Shown: positions 51,055 to 61,492 of the stretch, one piece after another
Layout of the letters: each line of letters starts with the position of its first letter
How positions within the stretch are numbered: position 1 is the stretch's first letter
Assembly (NCBI GenBank): GCA_963715085.1
Contig: CAVQQU010000006.1
Span: 31,906 to 95,905, forward strand
Origin: an uncultured Chloroflexia bacterium
Lineage (GTDB): Bacteria > Chloroflexota > Limnocylindria > Limnocylindrales > CSP1-4
Length of the DNA stretch: 64,000 nt
Direction: 5' to 3'
The notes under the pieces: generated by a model
The model's database searches: none
Seen by the model: the letters and a program-made list of their open reading frames with translations, nothing else
Told to the model about the DNA's origin: nothing
Program-made: the position numbers and the translations under genes

Positions 51055-51678
51055 TCAGCCGGCGGTCTTCGTCCCGCAGTTGCCGCAGAACCGCGCGTCG
51101 GTCGGCAGCTCCGCCCCGCACTGCGTGCAATGTGCCGTCCCGAGCCGGGTGCCGCAGTTGGCGCAGAACTTCTCGGATCCGACCGGCTTGTCGCAGGACG
51201 GGCAGACCGTCCGGCGGGCCGACGTGTCGCCCGAGAAGACCGTCTCGTTGCGCATCGCCTCGCGCATCTGGTTGAGCTCGACCGCCGAGCGCTCGCGCTC
51301 CATCTCGGCGGCCAGGTTCGGGGCGCAGCTCGTGCACAGGTTGCGGTCGCGGTTGAAGCACGTCTCGTCGACCCACTTGGAGCACGCGGCGCAGCGCGTG
51401 AAGAGGGGCATGATCTCGTTGGCGGCCTTCTCGAGGGCCTTGTCCCGGGCGTCCTTGTCCACGAAGTCCTTGGCACTCCGGGCGGCGTTCGAGGCGCCCC
51501 AGAGCCCACCGAGGAGGTTGCTGGCGCCCGAGAGGACGCTCCCGGCGGTCCCGATGCCCGACCGGATGAACTCGCTCCGGTAGCCCGAGCCGCACTCGTC
51601 GCAGCGAAACTCGAACTGGTACCCGTTCTCGTCCGACAGGTCGGTGTAGTTCCGCGTGAAGGGAGTGAAGCCGGGCAT
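51055..51678 (-). CDS. Zinc-ribbon domain protein (207 aa)
   Basis: GGAGGAC precedes ATG 51678. Four CxxC pairs are present: FRCDECGSG, FTRCAACSKW..LCTSCAP, VCPSCDKPVGSEKFCANCGT and HCTQCGAELPTDARFCGNCGT. Confidence 0.7.
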   Translation of the reverse strand: MPGFTPFTRNYTDLSDENGYQFEFRCDECGSGYRSEFIRSGIGTAGSVLSGASNLLGGLWGASNAARSAKDFVDKDARDKALEKAANEIMPLFTRCAACSKWVDETCFNRDRNLCTSCAPNLAAEMERERSAVELNQMREAMRNETVFSGDTSARRTVCPSCDKPVGSEKFCANCGTRLGTAHCTQCGAELPTDARFCGNCGTKTAG

Positions 51679-51802
51679 CGAGGTCCTCCGTCTGGCGCGG
51701 TCGTCGAGGGAGAAGGCTGCGCCGAGGATAGCGCGCCCGCTCGCACCGGACACGGGTCCCGCGAGCACTCGGCTGGTCCGGTCACGCCCTCATACTGGCG
51801 GC

Positions 51803-52849
51803 ATGCCCGACGATCCGATTGAGCCGGACCCCCGTCCGCCCACGCTCGAGGTCTCCCTCGAGGACATCCAGGCGGCCACCCGCTTCCTGGATGGGCGCGT
51901 TGGTCGGACCCCGATGCTCTCCTCGACGACGGCCGCTCGTGTCGTGCGAGCGAGCGCGGGAGTCGGCCTGGCCGGGGGGCGGCTCTACGCCAAGGCGGAG
52001 CATCTCCAGCGCACCGGCTCGTACAAGGTGCGCGGTGCGACGTTCCGGATCGCCCGTCTCTCGCCGGCCGAGCACGCGGCCGGCGTGATCGCGATCTCCG
52101 CGGGCAACCACGCGGCAGCGGTCGCGGTGGCGGCGGGCCTCCTGGGAGTCCACGCGGTGGTCGTGATGCCGGCCACGGCCGTCCGGTCCAAGGTCGAGGC
52201 ATGCCGCGGCTATGGTGCCGAGGTGATCCTCGAGGGCGAGGATACGTCGGAGGCCTGGGCGGCGATGGAGCGGATCCGCGATGAGCGCGGGCTGACGTTC
52301 GTCCACCCGTTCGATCACCTCGACACGATCACGGGACAGGGCACGATCGGCCTCGAGATCGTCGAGGAGCTTCCGGACGTGGACGTGGTCGTGGCTGGGG
52401 TCGGGGGCGGCGGCATGGCCTGCGGCGTGGCGGCGGCAGTGAAGGGGCTGCGGCCGGGCGCCCGGGTCTACGGCGTCGAGCCGAGCGGCTCCAACGCCCT
52501 CACGCTGGGCATTGCCGCCGGAATCCCGGTCCCCATCCGGCCCCTCAGCGTGGCCGACGGCCTCAACGCCCCCTTCGCCAGCGACACCACGATCGCCCTT
52601 GGCCGCCGCCTGCTCGACGGCATCGTGCTTCTCGACGACGCGGAGATCCTCGCCGGGCTGCGTTTCGCGGCCGAACGGATGAAGCAGGTCCTCGAGCCGG
52701 CCGGGGCGGCGGCGCTGGCGGCCGTGCTCCACGGCAGGGTCCCGATCCGCGACGGTGAGCGGGTCTGCGTCGTCTTCTCCGGCGGCAACGTCGACGTGGC
52801 GCGACTGGGCGAGCTGATCGCCGCCGCGGGACCGCTCCCGGAGGCCTGA
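51803..52849 (+). CDS. Threonine ammonia-lyase / serine-threonine dehydratase (PLP fold type II)
   Basis: Intact ORF with the PLP-Lys motif TGSYKVRGA, SAGNHAAAVA, GVGGGGM and VFSGGN. Confidence 0.85.
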   Translation: MPDDPIEPDPRPPTLEVSLEDIQAATRFLDGRVGRTPMLSSTTAARVVRASAGVGLAGGRLYAKAEHLQRTGSYKVRGATFRIARLSPAEHAAGVIAISAGNHAAAVAVAAGLLGVHAVVVMPATAVRSKVEACRGYGAEVILEGEDTSEAWAAMERIRDERGLTFVHPFDHLDTITGQGTIGLEIVEELPDVDVVVAGVGGGGMACGVAAAVKGLRPGARVYGVEPSGSNALTLGIAAGIPVPIRPLSVADGLNAPFASDTTIALGRRLLDGIVLLDDAEILAGLRFAAERMKQVLEPAGAAALAAVLHGRVPIRDGERVCVVFSGGNVDVARLGELIAAAGPLPEA

Positions 52850-52897
52850 GCCGCCGGCGCAGGTGGGCTGCGGGCCTGGCTGCCGACCGATGCCCCC

Positions 52898-53326
52898 TCA
52901 GTCGACCCCCAGCTCCTCGAGGCGATCGTCGTCGATGCCCAGGTGGTGGGCCAGCTCGTGGATCACCGTGATGCGGACTTCATCCTCGAGGTCCAGGGGG
53001 TCCGGGAAGTCCTCCTCGAGCGGGAGCCGAAAGATCGTGATCGTGTTGGGGAAGGGCACGTCGTCGGCGCCCCACGCCGTGCGCGGCGTGCCGTCGTAGA
53101 GGCCGTAGAGGGTCTCGTCGGCCCGCAGGCCATTCTCCCGGCGCTGGGCGGGCGAAGGCTCGTCCGCGATGACGATCGCGACCTCGTCGAGAGCCGCGGC
53201 GAACGGCATCGGGATGCCGGCAAGGGCCTGGTCGACCAGGTTCTCGAAGCGATCATGGCGCGCCTCGCGCCGGCGCCGGCGGGCGGCGAGCTCGGTGGCG
53301 GGGATCCCTCGGCGGCGCTTCGGCAT
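52898..53326 (-). CDS. Metallopeptidase family protein (zincin-like, DUF1025 type)
   Basis: Intact 142-aa ORF. The HExxH motif is [10 protein letters not shown], and the typical LYGLYDGTP and ITIFR segments are present. Confidence 0.75.
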   Translation of the reverse strand: MPKRRRGIPATELAARRRRREARHDRFENLVDQALAGIPMPFAAALDEVAIVIADEPSPAQRRENGLRADETLYGLYDGTPRTAWGADDVPFPNTITIFRLPLEEDFPDPLDLEDEVRITVIHELAHHLGIDDDRLEELGVD

Positions 53327-53348
53327 GGCGGCGCTATCGTAGGCCGCG

Positions 53349-54391
53349 ATGGAGTCGCTCACCGCGCCTGGCCTGCTGCCGCTCGAGCTCGGCGCCCTCC
53401 CGCCCCCGGATCGGACCGCCGAACCGGCCGGCTTCGTCGTGGCGTCCGACGACGGCAACCGGATCCACTTCCTCGACTGGGGGCCCGCGCGGGCGGCCGG
53501 GCTCAGGGAGGCAGCGGCCCCTGACGGGGCGCCGCAGGCCGGCCGTCTGGCCGCTGTCGGCAACGCAGCCTGCGCCGGGCGTGCTGCTCGTCCCCGGCCT
53601 CGCGTCGACCGCCTGGAGCTGGGTCGCCGTCGCCCGCCGCCTCACCGCCACGGCGCGTGTCGTGGCCATGGACCTGCGGGGCCACGGGCTCTCCGATTCG
53701 CCGACCGAGGGGTACGGGTCGAACGCTCTGGCGGGGGACGCGATCGCGGTTGGCGAGGGGACCGGCCTGCTCTCCCTTCCGGGGGAGCGTCAAGGTCCCC
53801 CGCTCCTGCTCGCGGGCATTGGCTACGGGGCCGTCGTGGCGGCGTGGGCGGCCCGGGCGCTGGGCGCCCGATGCGCCGGGCTCGTCCTGGTCGATGGGGG
53901 CTGGGAGGACCTGGCCACCACGACCGAGGCGACCCCCGAGGAGTGGCTCGCGACGATCGAGGAGCCGCCGGAGGTGCTGGGGTCCATGAAGGCCTGGCTG
54001 GCCGACCGCGCCGCCTTCGACCCGTCGACATGGGACGCCGACGAGGAGCGGGCTGCGCGGTCCCAGGTGGTCGAGACGGCGGCGGGCCGGGTCAAGCTCG
54101 CGGTCCACCCGCACGCCTTGGCGGGCTCGGTGCGCGCCCTCTGGTCGTACGAGCCGGCTGGGCGTGCTGTCCGCAGTCGAGGCGCCGATCGTGGCCCTGG
54201 TCGCCCAGGACGAGGACGGGTCGCGCACAGCCGCGCTGGGCGAGGTCGCCCGGCACCGGCTGGAGGCCAGCCGCTCGCCAATCCGCAGCGCCGCGTTCCC
54301 CGAGCGCGGGCACAACCTCGCGCGCCACGAGCCCGGCGCGGTTGCCGCAGCCGTGCTCGCGGTTGCTGCCCGGGCTACGATGCGGCCATGA
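53349..54391 (+). CDS. Alpha/beta-fold hydrolase family protein (about 2 frame breaks)
   Basis: Segments [37 protein letters not shown], an elbow region reading [20 protein letters not shown], and the C-terminal [11 protein letters not shown]. Confidence 0.65.
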
Positions 54392-55101
54392 CCGACCTGC
54401 CGCTGCCGGACCACGTTCGTTCACTGGTCGACGAGATCGAGACGGAGATCGGCGAGCTGCCCGGCCCCGATCCCGATGCGCTCGTCTCGGCGGCTGCCAT
54501 CGAGGGTGGGGTGCGGAGCCGCGACGGCGGGCCGAACGAGCGTGTCGAAGGCGCCGTCCGCGAGATCCTGAACGAGATCGGCGAGGACCCGGATCGCCAG
54601 GGCCTCCTCGGCACGCCCGGCCGGGTCCACCGGATGTACGCGGAGCTGACGGCCGGCTACCACGTCGACCCCGCCCGCCTCATCAACGGCGCGATCTACG
54701 ACGTCGATTACAGCGAGATGGTCGTCGTCAAGGAGATCCCCTTCTACAGCCTCTGCGAGCACCATCTCCTGCCGTTCTTCGGGACGGCGGCGGTCGCCTA
54801 CATTCCGAACGGTCGCGTGGTCGGGCTCTCGAAGATTCCGCGGATCGTCGAGATGTACGCGCGCCGCCTGCAGGTCCAGGAACGGCTCACGCTCCAGGTC
54901 GCCGAGTTCCTGATGGAGCATCTCCATCCGCAGGGCGTCGGCGTGGTCATGGAGGCTACCCACCTGTGCGCCGTGATGCGCGGCGTGCGCAAGCCCGGCA
55001 CGGTGATGACCACGAGCCACGTCCTGGGGATCTTCCGAGCCAACGACAAGACCCGCTCGGAGTTCCTGGCCCACCTCCAGCGGCCCGCTCCCGGTGCCTG
55101 A
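54388..55101 (+). CDS. folE: GTP cyclohydrolase I
   Basis: Intact ORF with [47 protein letters not shown] and HLCAVMRGV. Confidence 0.9.
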   Translation: MTDLPLPDHVRSLVDEIETEIGELPGPDPDALVSAAAIEGGVRSRDGGPNERVEGAVREILNEIGEDPDRQGLLGTPGRVHRMYAELTAGYHVDPARLINGAIYDVDYSEMVVVKEIPFYSLCEHHLLPFFGTAAVAYIPNGRVVGLSKIPRIVEMYARRLQVQERLTLQVAEFLMEHLHPQGVGVVMEATHLCAVMRGVRKPGTVMTTSHVLGIFRANDKTRSEFLAHLQRPAPGA

Positions 55102-55122
55102 TGCCGGGGCTATGATCCGGCC

Positions 55123-55527
55123 ATGAGCGAACGACCCATCAAGGTCCTGATCGCCAAGCCCGGGCTCGACGGCCACGATCGCGGGGCCAAGGTGCTCGCG
55201 CGCGGCCTGCGCGACGAGGGCTTCGAGGTCGTCTACACCGGCCTCCGCCAGACGCCCGAGATGGTGGCCACGGCGGCGCTCCAGGAGGACGTCGACGTCG
55301 TCGGCCTCTCGATCCTGTCCGGCGCCCACATGACGCTGCTGCCCCGGATCTGCGCGCTGCTCCGCGAGAAGGGTCTCGACGACGTGCTGGTGGCGGCCGG
55401 CGGCATCATCCCCGACGACGACCTGCCGGCATTGCGCGAGGCGGGCGTCGCCGCGGTGTTCGGCCCGGGCACGACGATCGCCGAGGTGGCCGACTTCATC
55501 CGGGCGAACGTCCGCCCGCTCGCCTGA
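55123..55527 (+). CDS. Cobalamin-binding small subunit of a methylmalonyl/isobutyryl-CoA mutase-type enzyme
   Basis: Intact 134-aa ORF with [34 protein letters not shown] and [11 protein letters not shown]. Confidence 0.85.
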   Translation: MSERPIKVLIAKPGLDGHDRGAKVLARGLRDEGFEVVYTGLRQTPEMVATAALQEDVDVVGLSILSGAHMTLLPRICALLREKGLDDVLVAAGGIIPDDDLPALREAGVAAVFGPGTTIAEVADFIRANVRPLA

Positions 55528-55535
55528 GCGGGTCG

Positions 55536-56617
55536 GTGGCCAGGGCGGCGGACGCGGCGGCGCCGGATCCCGCCGAGCGCGGCCTGGAGCTCGCCGAGGG
55601 CACGCTCGCGGGCGATCGTCGCGCGCTGGCGCGCCTCCTCACCGCGGTCGAGAACCGGACGCCGGTCGCCGAGGCAGGACTGCGGCGCCTCCACCCGCAG
55701 GCAGGGCGCGCGCACCTGGTCGGGATCACCGGCGCGCCGGGGGCCGGCAAGAGCACGCTCGTGGCTGCGCTCATCGGGGAGATCCGGGCCTCCGGCCGGA
55801 CCGTGGCCGTCATCGCCGTCGACCCATCCTCGCCGATCACGGGCGGAGCGCTCCTGGGAGACCGGGTCCGGATGCAGTCGTACGCCCTTGACGACGGGGT
55901 CTTCATCCGGAGCATGGCCTCGCGCGGGCACGCCGGCGGCCTGGCCGCCTCGTCCGTCGCCGCGGCGACGGTGCTCGACGCCGCCGGCTTCGACCTGATC
56001 CTGCTCGAGACGGTCGGGACCGGCCAGAGCGAGGTCGAGGTCGCAGCGGCGGCCGACACGACCGTCGTCCTGGAGGCGCCCGAGATGGGCGACGAGGTGC
56101 AGGCGATCAAGGCAGGCCTGCTCGAGGTGGCCGACATCGTCGTCGTGAACAAGGGCGACCGGCCCGGTGCCCAACGAACGGCGGCCGAGCTGCGGGCGAT
56201 GCTGACGTCGGGGCGAGCCCGCGCGCGGCGGGCGCCAGCCACGCTGATGCCGCCGGCGCCGTCGCCGGGGGAGCCGGCACCGTGCGGCCGCAGCCGAAGC
56301 GGCCCGAGGTCCTGGTGACGACCGCGACGACCGGCGACGGCATCGCCGAGCTCCTGGCGGCCATCTCCCGGCACCGCCAGGGGCTGCAGGAGACCGCGGC
56401 CGGCGTTCCCGTTCGCCGTGCCCGGGCCGCCGCGCTCGTCTGGGCGCTCGTGGGCGATCGGGTGCGGGGCCGCCTGCTCGCCCCCGACCTCGCTGCGTCA
56501 ACCGCGGCCACGCTCGACGCGGTCGTCCGCCACGACCTGGACCCGTACGCCGCCGCGGATGCGTTGCTGGCTGCCCTGGTCGCGGAGCACGGCGCCGAGC
56601 CTCGGTCCCGGGGCTGA
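55536..56617 (+). CDS. meaB: MeaB/ArgK-type G3E GTPase, mutase accessory protein (one frame break near 56280)
   Basis: P-loop GITGAPGAGKST, AVDPSSPITGGALLGDRVRM, LLETVGTGQSE and VVVNKGD. Confidence 0.85.
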
Positions 56618-56649
56618 CGCGGCGGCCCGGCCGCAGTACCCTGCCCGGC

Positions 56650-57526
56650 ATGCCGATCGAGCGGGCCTTCGTCGCGGGAGCAGGGTTGATGGGCCACGGC
56701 ATCGCCCAGGTCCTCGCCGCCGCCGGCCGGACGGTCGATCTCTACGAGCCGGACCTCGCCCGCGCGAACGCCGGACGCGAGCGGATCGGCGCGAACCTCG
56801 AGCGAGCCGTCGCGAAGGGCCGCCTGGACGCGACATCGCGCGTCGAGATCCTGGATCGGATCGCCGCGACCGACCGGATCGCCGCAGCCGCGGAGGCCGA
56901 CCTCGTCGTCGAGGCGATCTTCGAGGACGAGGTCGCCAAGCGGCGCGCTCTGGGCCGGCCTCGACGCCGTCGCGCCGGGGCGCGCCATCTTCGCCACCAA
57001 CACCAGCTCGATCTCGATCGACCGCCTCGCGGAGGCCCTCGCCCCGGCCCGCCGGCCGGCCTTCTGCGGGATGCACTTCTTCAGCCCGGTCCCGGTGATG
57101 CCGCTGGTCGAGCTGATCCGCGGCAGCGCCACCGACGACGCGACGATGGAGGCCCTCCGCGCCCTGGCGGCCGACCTCGGCAAGCAGGTCATCGTCTCGG
57201 CGGATCGGCCCGGCTTCCTCGTCAACCGGATCCTCATGCCGTTCCTGGCCGAGGCGATGCGGGCCTTCGAGGAGGGGGTCGGGACGGCCGAGGACATCGA
57301 CACGGGGGCCCGCGTCGGCCTGAACCACCCGATGGGGCCGCTCGCCCTCGCCGACTTCATCGGCCTCGACGTCGTCCTGGGGATCATGCGCGTGCTCCAC
57401 GCCGACCTCGGCGACGAGCGGTTCCGCCCGCCGCGGGTGCTCGAGGACCTGGTGGCGGCCGGGAAGCTCGGCCAGAAGACCGGCCGGGGCTTCTTCGCCT
57501 ACCCGCGCGCCGGAGGCCGGGCATGA
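56650..57526 (+). CDS. 3-hydroxyacyl/3-hydroxybutyryl-CoA dehydrogenase (about 2 frame breaks)
   Basis: NAD motif AGAGLMGHGIAQV, then after joins FATNTSSISI, GMHFFSPVPVMPLVELI, PGFLVNRILMP and NHPMGPLALADFIGLD. Confidence 0.85.
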
Positions 57527-57535
57527 CGCAGCGCC

Positions 57536-58773
57536 ATGAGCGAGTCCGGCCCGAGCGGCCACGCCTACCTCGTCTCGGCCGCGCGGACGCCGATCGGCAA
57601 GCTCGGCGGGGCGCTGGCGGGCGTCCCGGCCACCACAGCTGGGCGCCGTCGCCATTCGCGCTGCGGTGGAGCGCGCCGGCCTGGACCCGGCGACCGCGGA
57701 GATCGACGACGTCCTGATGGGCCAGGTCCTCCAGGCGGGGGCCGGCCAGGCGCCGGCGCGCCAGGCCGCGCTCGCGGCAGGACTCCGGGATCAGACCCCG
57801 GCCACGACGATCAACCGGGTCTGCGGCTCAGGCCTCAAGGCGATCATGCTGGCCGCCGCCGAGATCCGGGCCGGCGACGCCGAGCTCGTCGTGGCCGGTG
57901 GCATGGAGAGCATGAACGGGGCGCCCTACCTGCTGCCCGGGGCGCGCTTCGGCTACCGGCTCGGGAACGGCGTGGTGGTCGACTCGATGGTCGCCGACGG
58001 CCTCTGGTGCGCTCTCGAGGACTGCCACATGGGCACCCACGCCGAGCGCGTCGCGATCCGCGAGCAGGTGAGCCGCGCCGACCAGGATGCCTTTGCCCTC
58101 GAGAGCCACCGGCGAGCGGTGGCCGCCCAGGACGAGGGCCGATTCGCCGACGAGATGGCTCCCGTCGCCGTGCGCGACGCGAAGGGCCGCGAGACGGTGG
58201 TCGACGCTGACGAGAGCCCGCGCCGCGACACGACCGCCGAGGCGCTCGCCCGGCTCCGGCCGGCCTTCCCGCTCCCGCCGGCGGGCGACCGGGGCGATGC
58301 GGAGGAGGGGACCGTGACCGCCGGCAACGCGCCCGGGATCACCGACGGTGCCGCGGCGACCGTCGTCGCCTCGGAGCGGGCGGTCGAGAGGCTGGGGCTG
58401 ACGCCGCTCGCCCGGATCGTGGGCTACGCACAGGCCGAGGTCGCTCCGAAGTGGCTGTTCATGGCCCCGGTGGCGGGCGTCCGACGCCTCGAGGCGCGGA
58501 CCGGGCCTTGCCGTCGACGCCTTCGACCTGGTCGAGATCAACGAGGCCTTCGCTGCCCAGGTGCTGGCCGACGGCCGCGCCCTCGGCCTCGACTGGGCGA
58601 AGGTCAACGTCAACGGGGGCGCCATCGCGCTCGGCCACCCGATCGGCGCGTCGGGCGCGCGGATCGTGGCCACGCTTCTTCACGAGCTCCGCCGGCGCGA
58701 GGGTCGGTACGGGCTCGCCACCCTGTGCCTCGGTGGCGGCGGCTCGGTGGCCATGGCCCTCGAACGCGTCTGA
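57536..58773 (+). CDS. Acetyl-CoA acetyltransferase (thiolase), about 2 frame breaks
   Basis: Segments [12 protein letters not shown], the active-site Cys in [41 protein letters not shown] and [14 protein letters not shown]. Confidence 0.9.
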
Positions 58774-58898
58774 CGGCCCAGCGGGGCGACCGCACTGCGC
58801 GACTGACGGTCCCGCGGCGTGAGGGTCCCGCGGTGCGGTCGCCGTTGCGGCACGGACGCGCCGAGTTGCGCTATCCTTCCGCGGGCGCCAGCGCCCGT

Positions 58899-58973
58899 GG
58901 GCCCGTAGCTCAACGGTAGAGCGGGGGACTCTTAATCCCTAGGTTCAGAGTTCGAATCTCTGCGGGCTCACCA
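58899..58973 (+). tRNA. tRNA-Lys (anticodon CTT)
   Basis: Acceptor GGGCCCG/CGGGCTC (one G-T pair), D-arm GCTCAACGGTAGAGC, anticodon stem-loop GGGGA-CTCTTAA-TCCCT, T-arm CAGAG-TTCGAAT-CTCTG, CCA encoded. Confidence 0.9.
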
Positions 58974-59117
58974 GATCGCGACCTCAACGCCCCGCCACGC
59001 GGCGGGGCGTCGTGCTGCCCGGCCGTCGGCGCTGCCACTCCCGCGGTTCTGCGGATCGCCGACAATGGCGCCACGCGACCGGCGCCGCCTGGCGTCTGCC
59101 GTACCCGAGGAGGCCCT

Positions 59118-59579
59118 GTGCAGGATCCCGAGCCGCTCGACGTCACGTGGGAGGAGCTGGACCGCCTGGTCGGCGTGCTTGCGGGGAAGGTCGGGACCGA
59201 CTACGACCTCGTCGTCGCGATCACGCGGGGCGGGCTCGTGCCGGCCGGGATGCTGGCGTATCGGCTCGATCTGCGCGAGATCCTGGTCGCGGGCGTCGAG
59301 TTCTACACGACCGGCGGGCAGACCCACGAGGCGCCGCGCTTCGGCCACTTCCCCGACGCGGCCCTGCTGCGCGACCAGGACATTCTCGTGGTCGACGAGG
59401 TCTGGGAGACCGGCGAGACGATGGCCGCGGTCTTCGAGCGGATCCGCGTCGCCGGTGGTCGGCCGATGAGCGCGGTGATCCACTACAAGCCGGGCCGGTC
59501 GCGGGTCGCGCTCGAGCCGGACCACTACGCGGCGCTCGCCCATGGCTGGGTCACGTACCCGTACAAGGTCGGCGACTGA
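59118..59579 (+). CDS. Purine phosphoribosyltransferase (xanthine/hypoxanthine-guanine type)
   Basis: Intact 153-aa ORF with VVAITRGGLVPAGML and the PRPP motif ILVVDEVWETGETM. Confidence 0.8.
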   Translation: MQDPEPLDVTWEELDRLVGVLAGKVGTDYDLVVAITRGGLVPAGMLAYRLDLREILVAGVEFYTTGGQTHEAPRFGHFPDAALLRDQDILVVDEVWETGETMAAVFERIRVAGGRPMSAVIHYKPGRSRVALEPDHYAALAHGWVTYPYKVGD

Positions 59580-59606
59580 GCGACGCTGCCCTGCGGGTGC
59601 GCGACA

Positions 59607-61409
59607 ATGCCGTCGATGCCTCCTCGCCAGCCGCCCCGCCGCTCCCCGATGGCGCGCCCGCTTCCCGGGTCGGGAGCGCAGCGCGGCGTCCACCGCGCTG
59701 GAACAGGGTTCGGGCGAACACCCCCGCCCCGGCCCGGCACCGGACCCTCGGGGTCGCGTGGTGGACCCGGCGGGCGATGGCCGATGACGGGCATCACGGT
59801 GACCCTTCTCGCCGTCGTCGGCGTCGGCCTCCTGGTCGGCGCGGCAGTCTTCGCGGGCGGCTCGCCCGGCTCGCCCGCCTCGCTCGGCCCGAGCGCGTCC
59901 GACGCCGTGGTCCGAAGCGCCGACCCGACCACGGGCGGGCAGCCGGCGGCCGTCACGCCGGATCCGTCGCCCCCCGCCACGAGCGAGCCTTCCCCGAGTG
60001 CCGATTCCGGCGACCTTCCGCTAGCGCTCGTTGCCGACGTGCGCGACCTGCGCGAGAGCCTGACGGTGGCCCAGCTGGCGAAGGAGCTCGCCGCCGGCCG
60101 CGTGGCGGTCCCGTGCGGGCTCGACGAGCTCGCCCTCGACGGCAACCCCGTGGTCGCCGACACCGGCGCCTGCGTCAAGGCGGGCGCGATCACGAATGCC
60201 GTCCGCGCCCGCAAGCCCCGCCTCGGCCTCCTGCCGGCAGCGCTCGTCACGCCGCGGGTGAAGGTGCTCAGGGTCGGCGACGCGGACCTGTTCGGCGCCC
60301 CTCGCTTCCGCTCGAAGCCGTACCCGGTGACCGCGACCGTGGCGAACCTCCCGGCCGCCTGGGCCGGCTTCGACACCGCCGAGGTGCGGACGATCATCTC
60401 GACCGGCGAGACGTGCCCCGATCGCGGCGTCAGCTACTGGGCGAACACGAAGAAGAAGGGTTGGGACTGGGTTCTCGACGGCGGCACCGCCCGCTATACG
60501 GGCATCGGTATCGACCGTCGCTTCGACGGCCCCGACGGCAACGGCTGGCCGGTGGTGAAGGCGGTCCGCTCCGGCAACGCCGGCGCCGTGCGAACCCTGA
60601 TCAGCGACGCCGAGCTGACCCTCGGCGACTTCGAGTGCCCCATGACCAGCGACTTCGTCCAGCACGACACGGGGACGGTGTTCTCCATCGACCCGAAGGT
60701 GGCTCCGCTGCTGGCCCGGTCGGGGATCGACGTCGTGACCCTGGCCTCCAACCACCTCACCGACCAGGGCGTCGACGCCCTGCAGGAGACGATGGACCTC
60801 CTCGACGACGCCGGGGTGCGCCGATTCGGCGCCGGGATGAACCTGGCCCAGGCGCGCAAGCCGGCCGTGATCGACGTCCGTGGCGTCCGCTTCGCGTTCG
60901 TCGGCTTCAACGAGATCCCGGGCTCGGCGAAGGCCGGGTCCGGGACTCCCGGCGTGGCCTGGCTGACCGAGGCGAACGTCCGGGCCTCCATCTCGGCCGC
61001 CCGCAAGGTCGCCGACGTGGTGATCGTCGTCCCGCAGTGGGCGTGGCCGGAGTACCACGCCGAGTTCACCGCCCGCCAGAAGGAGCAGATGGCGCTCTTC
61101 TGGGACGCCGGTGCGGATCATGTCATCGGCCACGGGACGCACTGGTCGTCGGCGATCGCGATCACGAAGGGCGAACGCGGATCACGTGTCGTGATCTCCA
61201 GCCACGGCAACTTCCTGTTCGGCCAGGACTGGAGCCGCCAGACCCAGGAGGGAGTGCTGCCCGAGCTGACCTTCGTCGGCACGAGGCTCGTCCAGGTCCG
61301 GCTCCACCCGTACATCGTCATGGACCAGGCACAGCCGAACCTCATCACGCCGACGACCGACGGGAAGCACGTGCTCGAGCAGGTCTGGAGCGTCAGCCTG
61401 CTTCCGTGA
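59607..61409 (+). CDS. CapA-family (PGA_cap metallophosphatase-like) membrane-anchored protein
   Basis: Intact ORF. An alternative start at ATG 59784 precedes the TM helix ITVTLLAVVGVGLLVGAAVFA. The CapA core reads GDFECPMT, VVTLASNHLTDQG, FGAG, FVGFNEI, VVPQWAWPEY and VIGHGTHW. Confidence 0.8.
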   Translation: MPSMPPRQPPRRSPMARPLPGSGAQRGVHRAGTGFGRTPPPRPGTGPSGSRGGPGGRWPMTGITVTLLAVVGVGLLVGAAVFAGGSPGSPASLGPSASDAVVRSADPTTGGQPAAVTPDPSPPATSEPSPSADSGDLPLALVADVRDLRESLTVAQLAKELAAGRVAVPCGLDELALDGNPVVADTGACVKAGAITNAVRARKPRLGLLPAALVTPRVKVLRVGDADLFGAPRFRSKPYPVTATVANLPAAWAGFDTAEVRTIISTGETCPDRGVSYWANTKKKGWDWVLDGGTARYTGIGIDRRFDGPDGNGWPVVKAVRSGNAGAVRTLISDAELTLGDFECPMTSDFVQHDTGTVFSIDPKVAPLLARSGIDVVTLASNHLTDQGVDALQETMDLLDDAGVRRFGAGMNLAQARKPAVIDVRGVRFAFVGFNEIPGSAKAGSGTPGVAWLTEANVRASISAARKVADVVIVVPQWAWPEYHAEFTARQKEQMALFWDAGADHVIGHGTHWSSAIAITKGERGSRVVISSHGNFLFGQDWSRQTQEGVLPELTFVGTRLVQVRLHPYIVMDQAQPNLITPTTDGKHVLEQVWSVSLLP

Positions 61410-61492
61410 GCCGGTGCCGCCCCGCACAGCCCGGCCGCGCCCTGCGCGTCGCCCGCACCAATCCGTCGAGGCGCGGCCGCCGAATCACGGTC

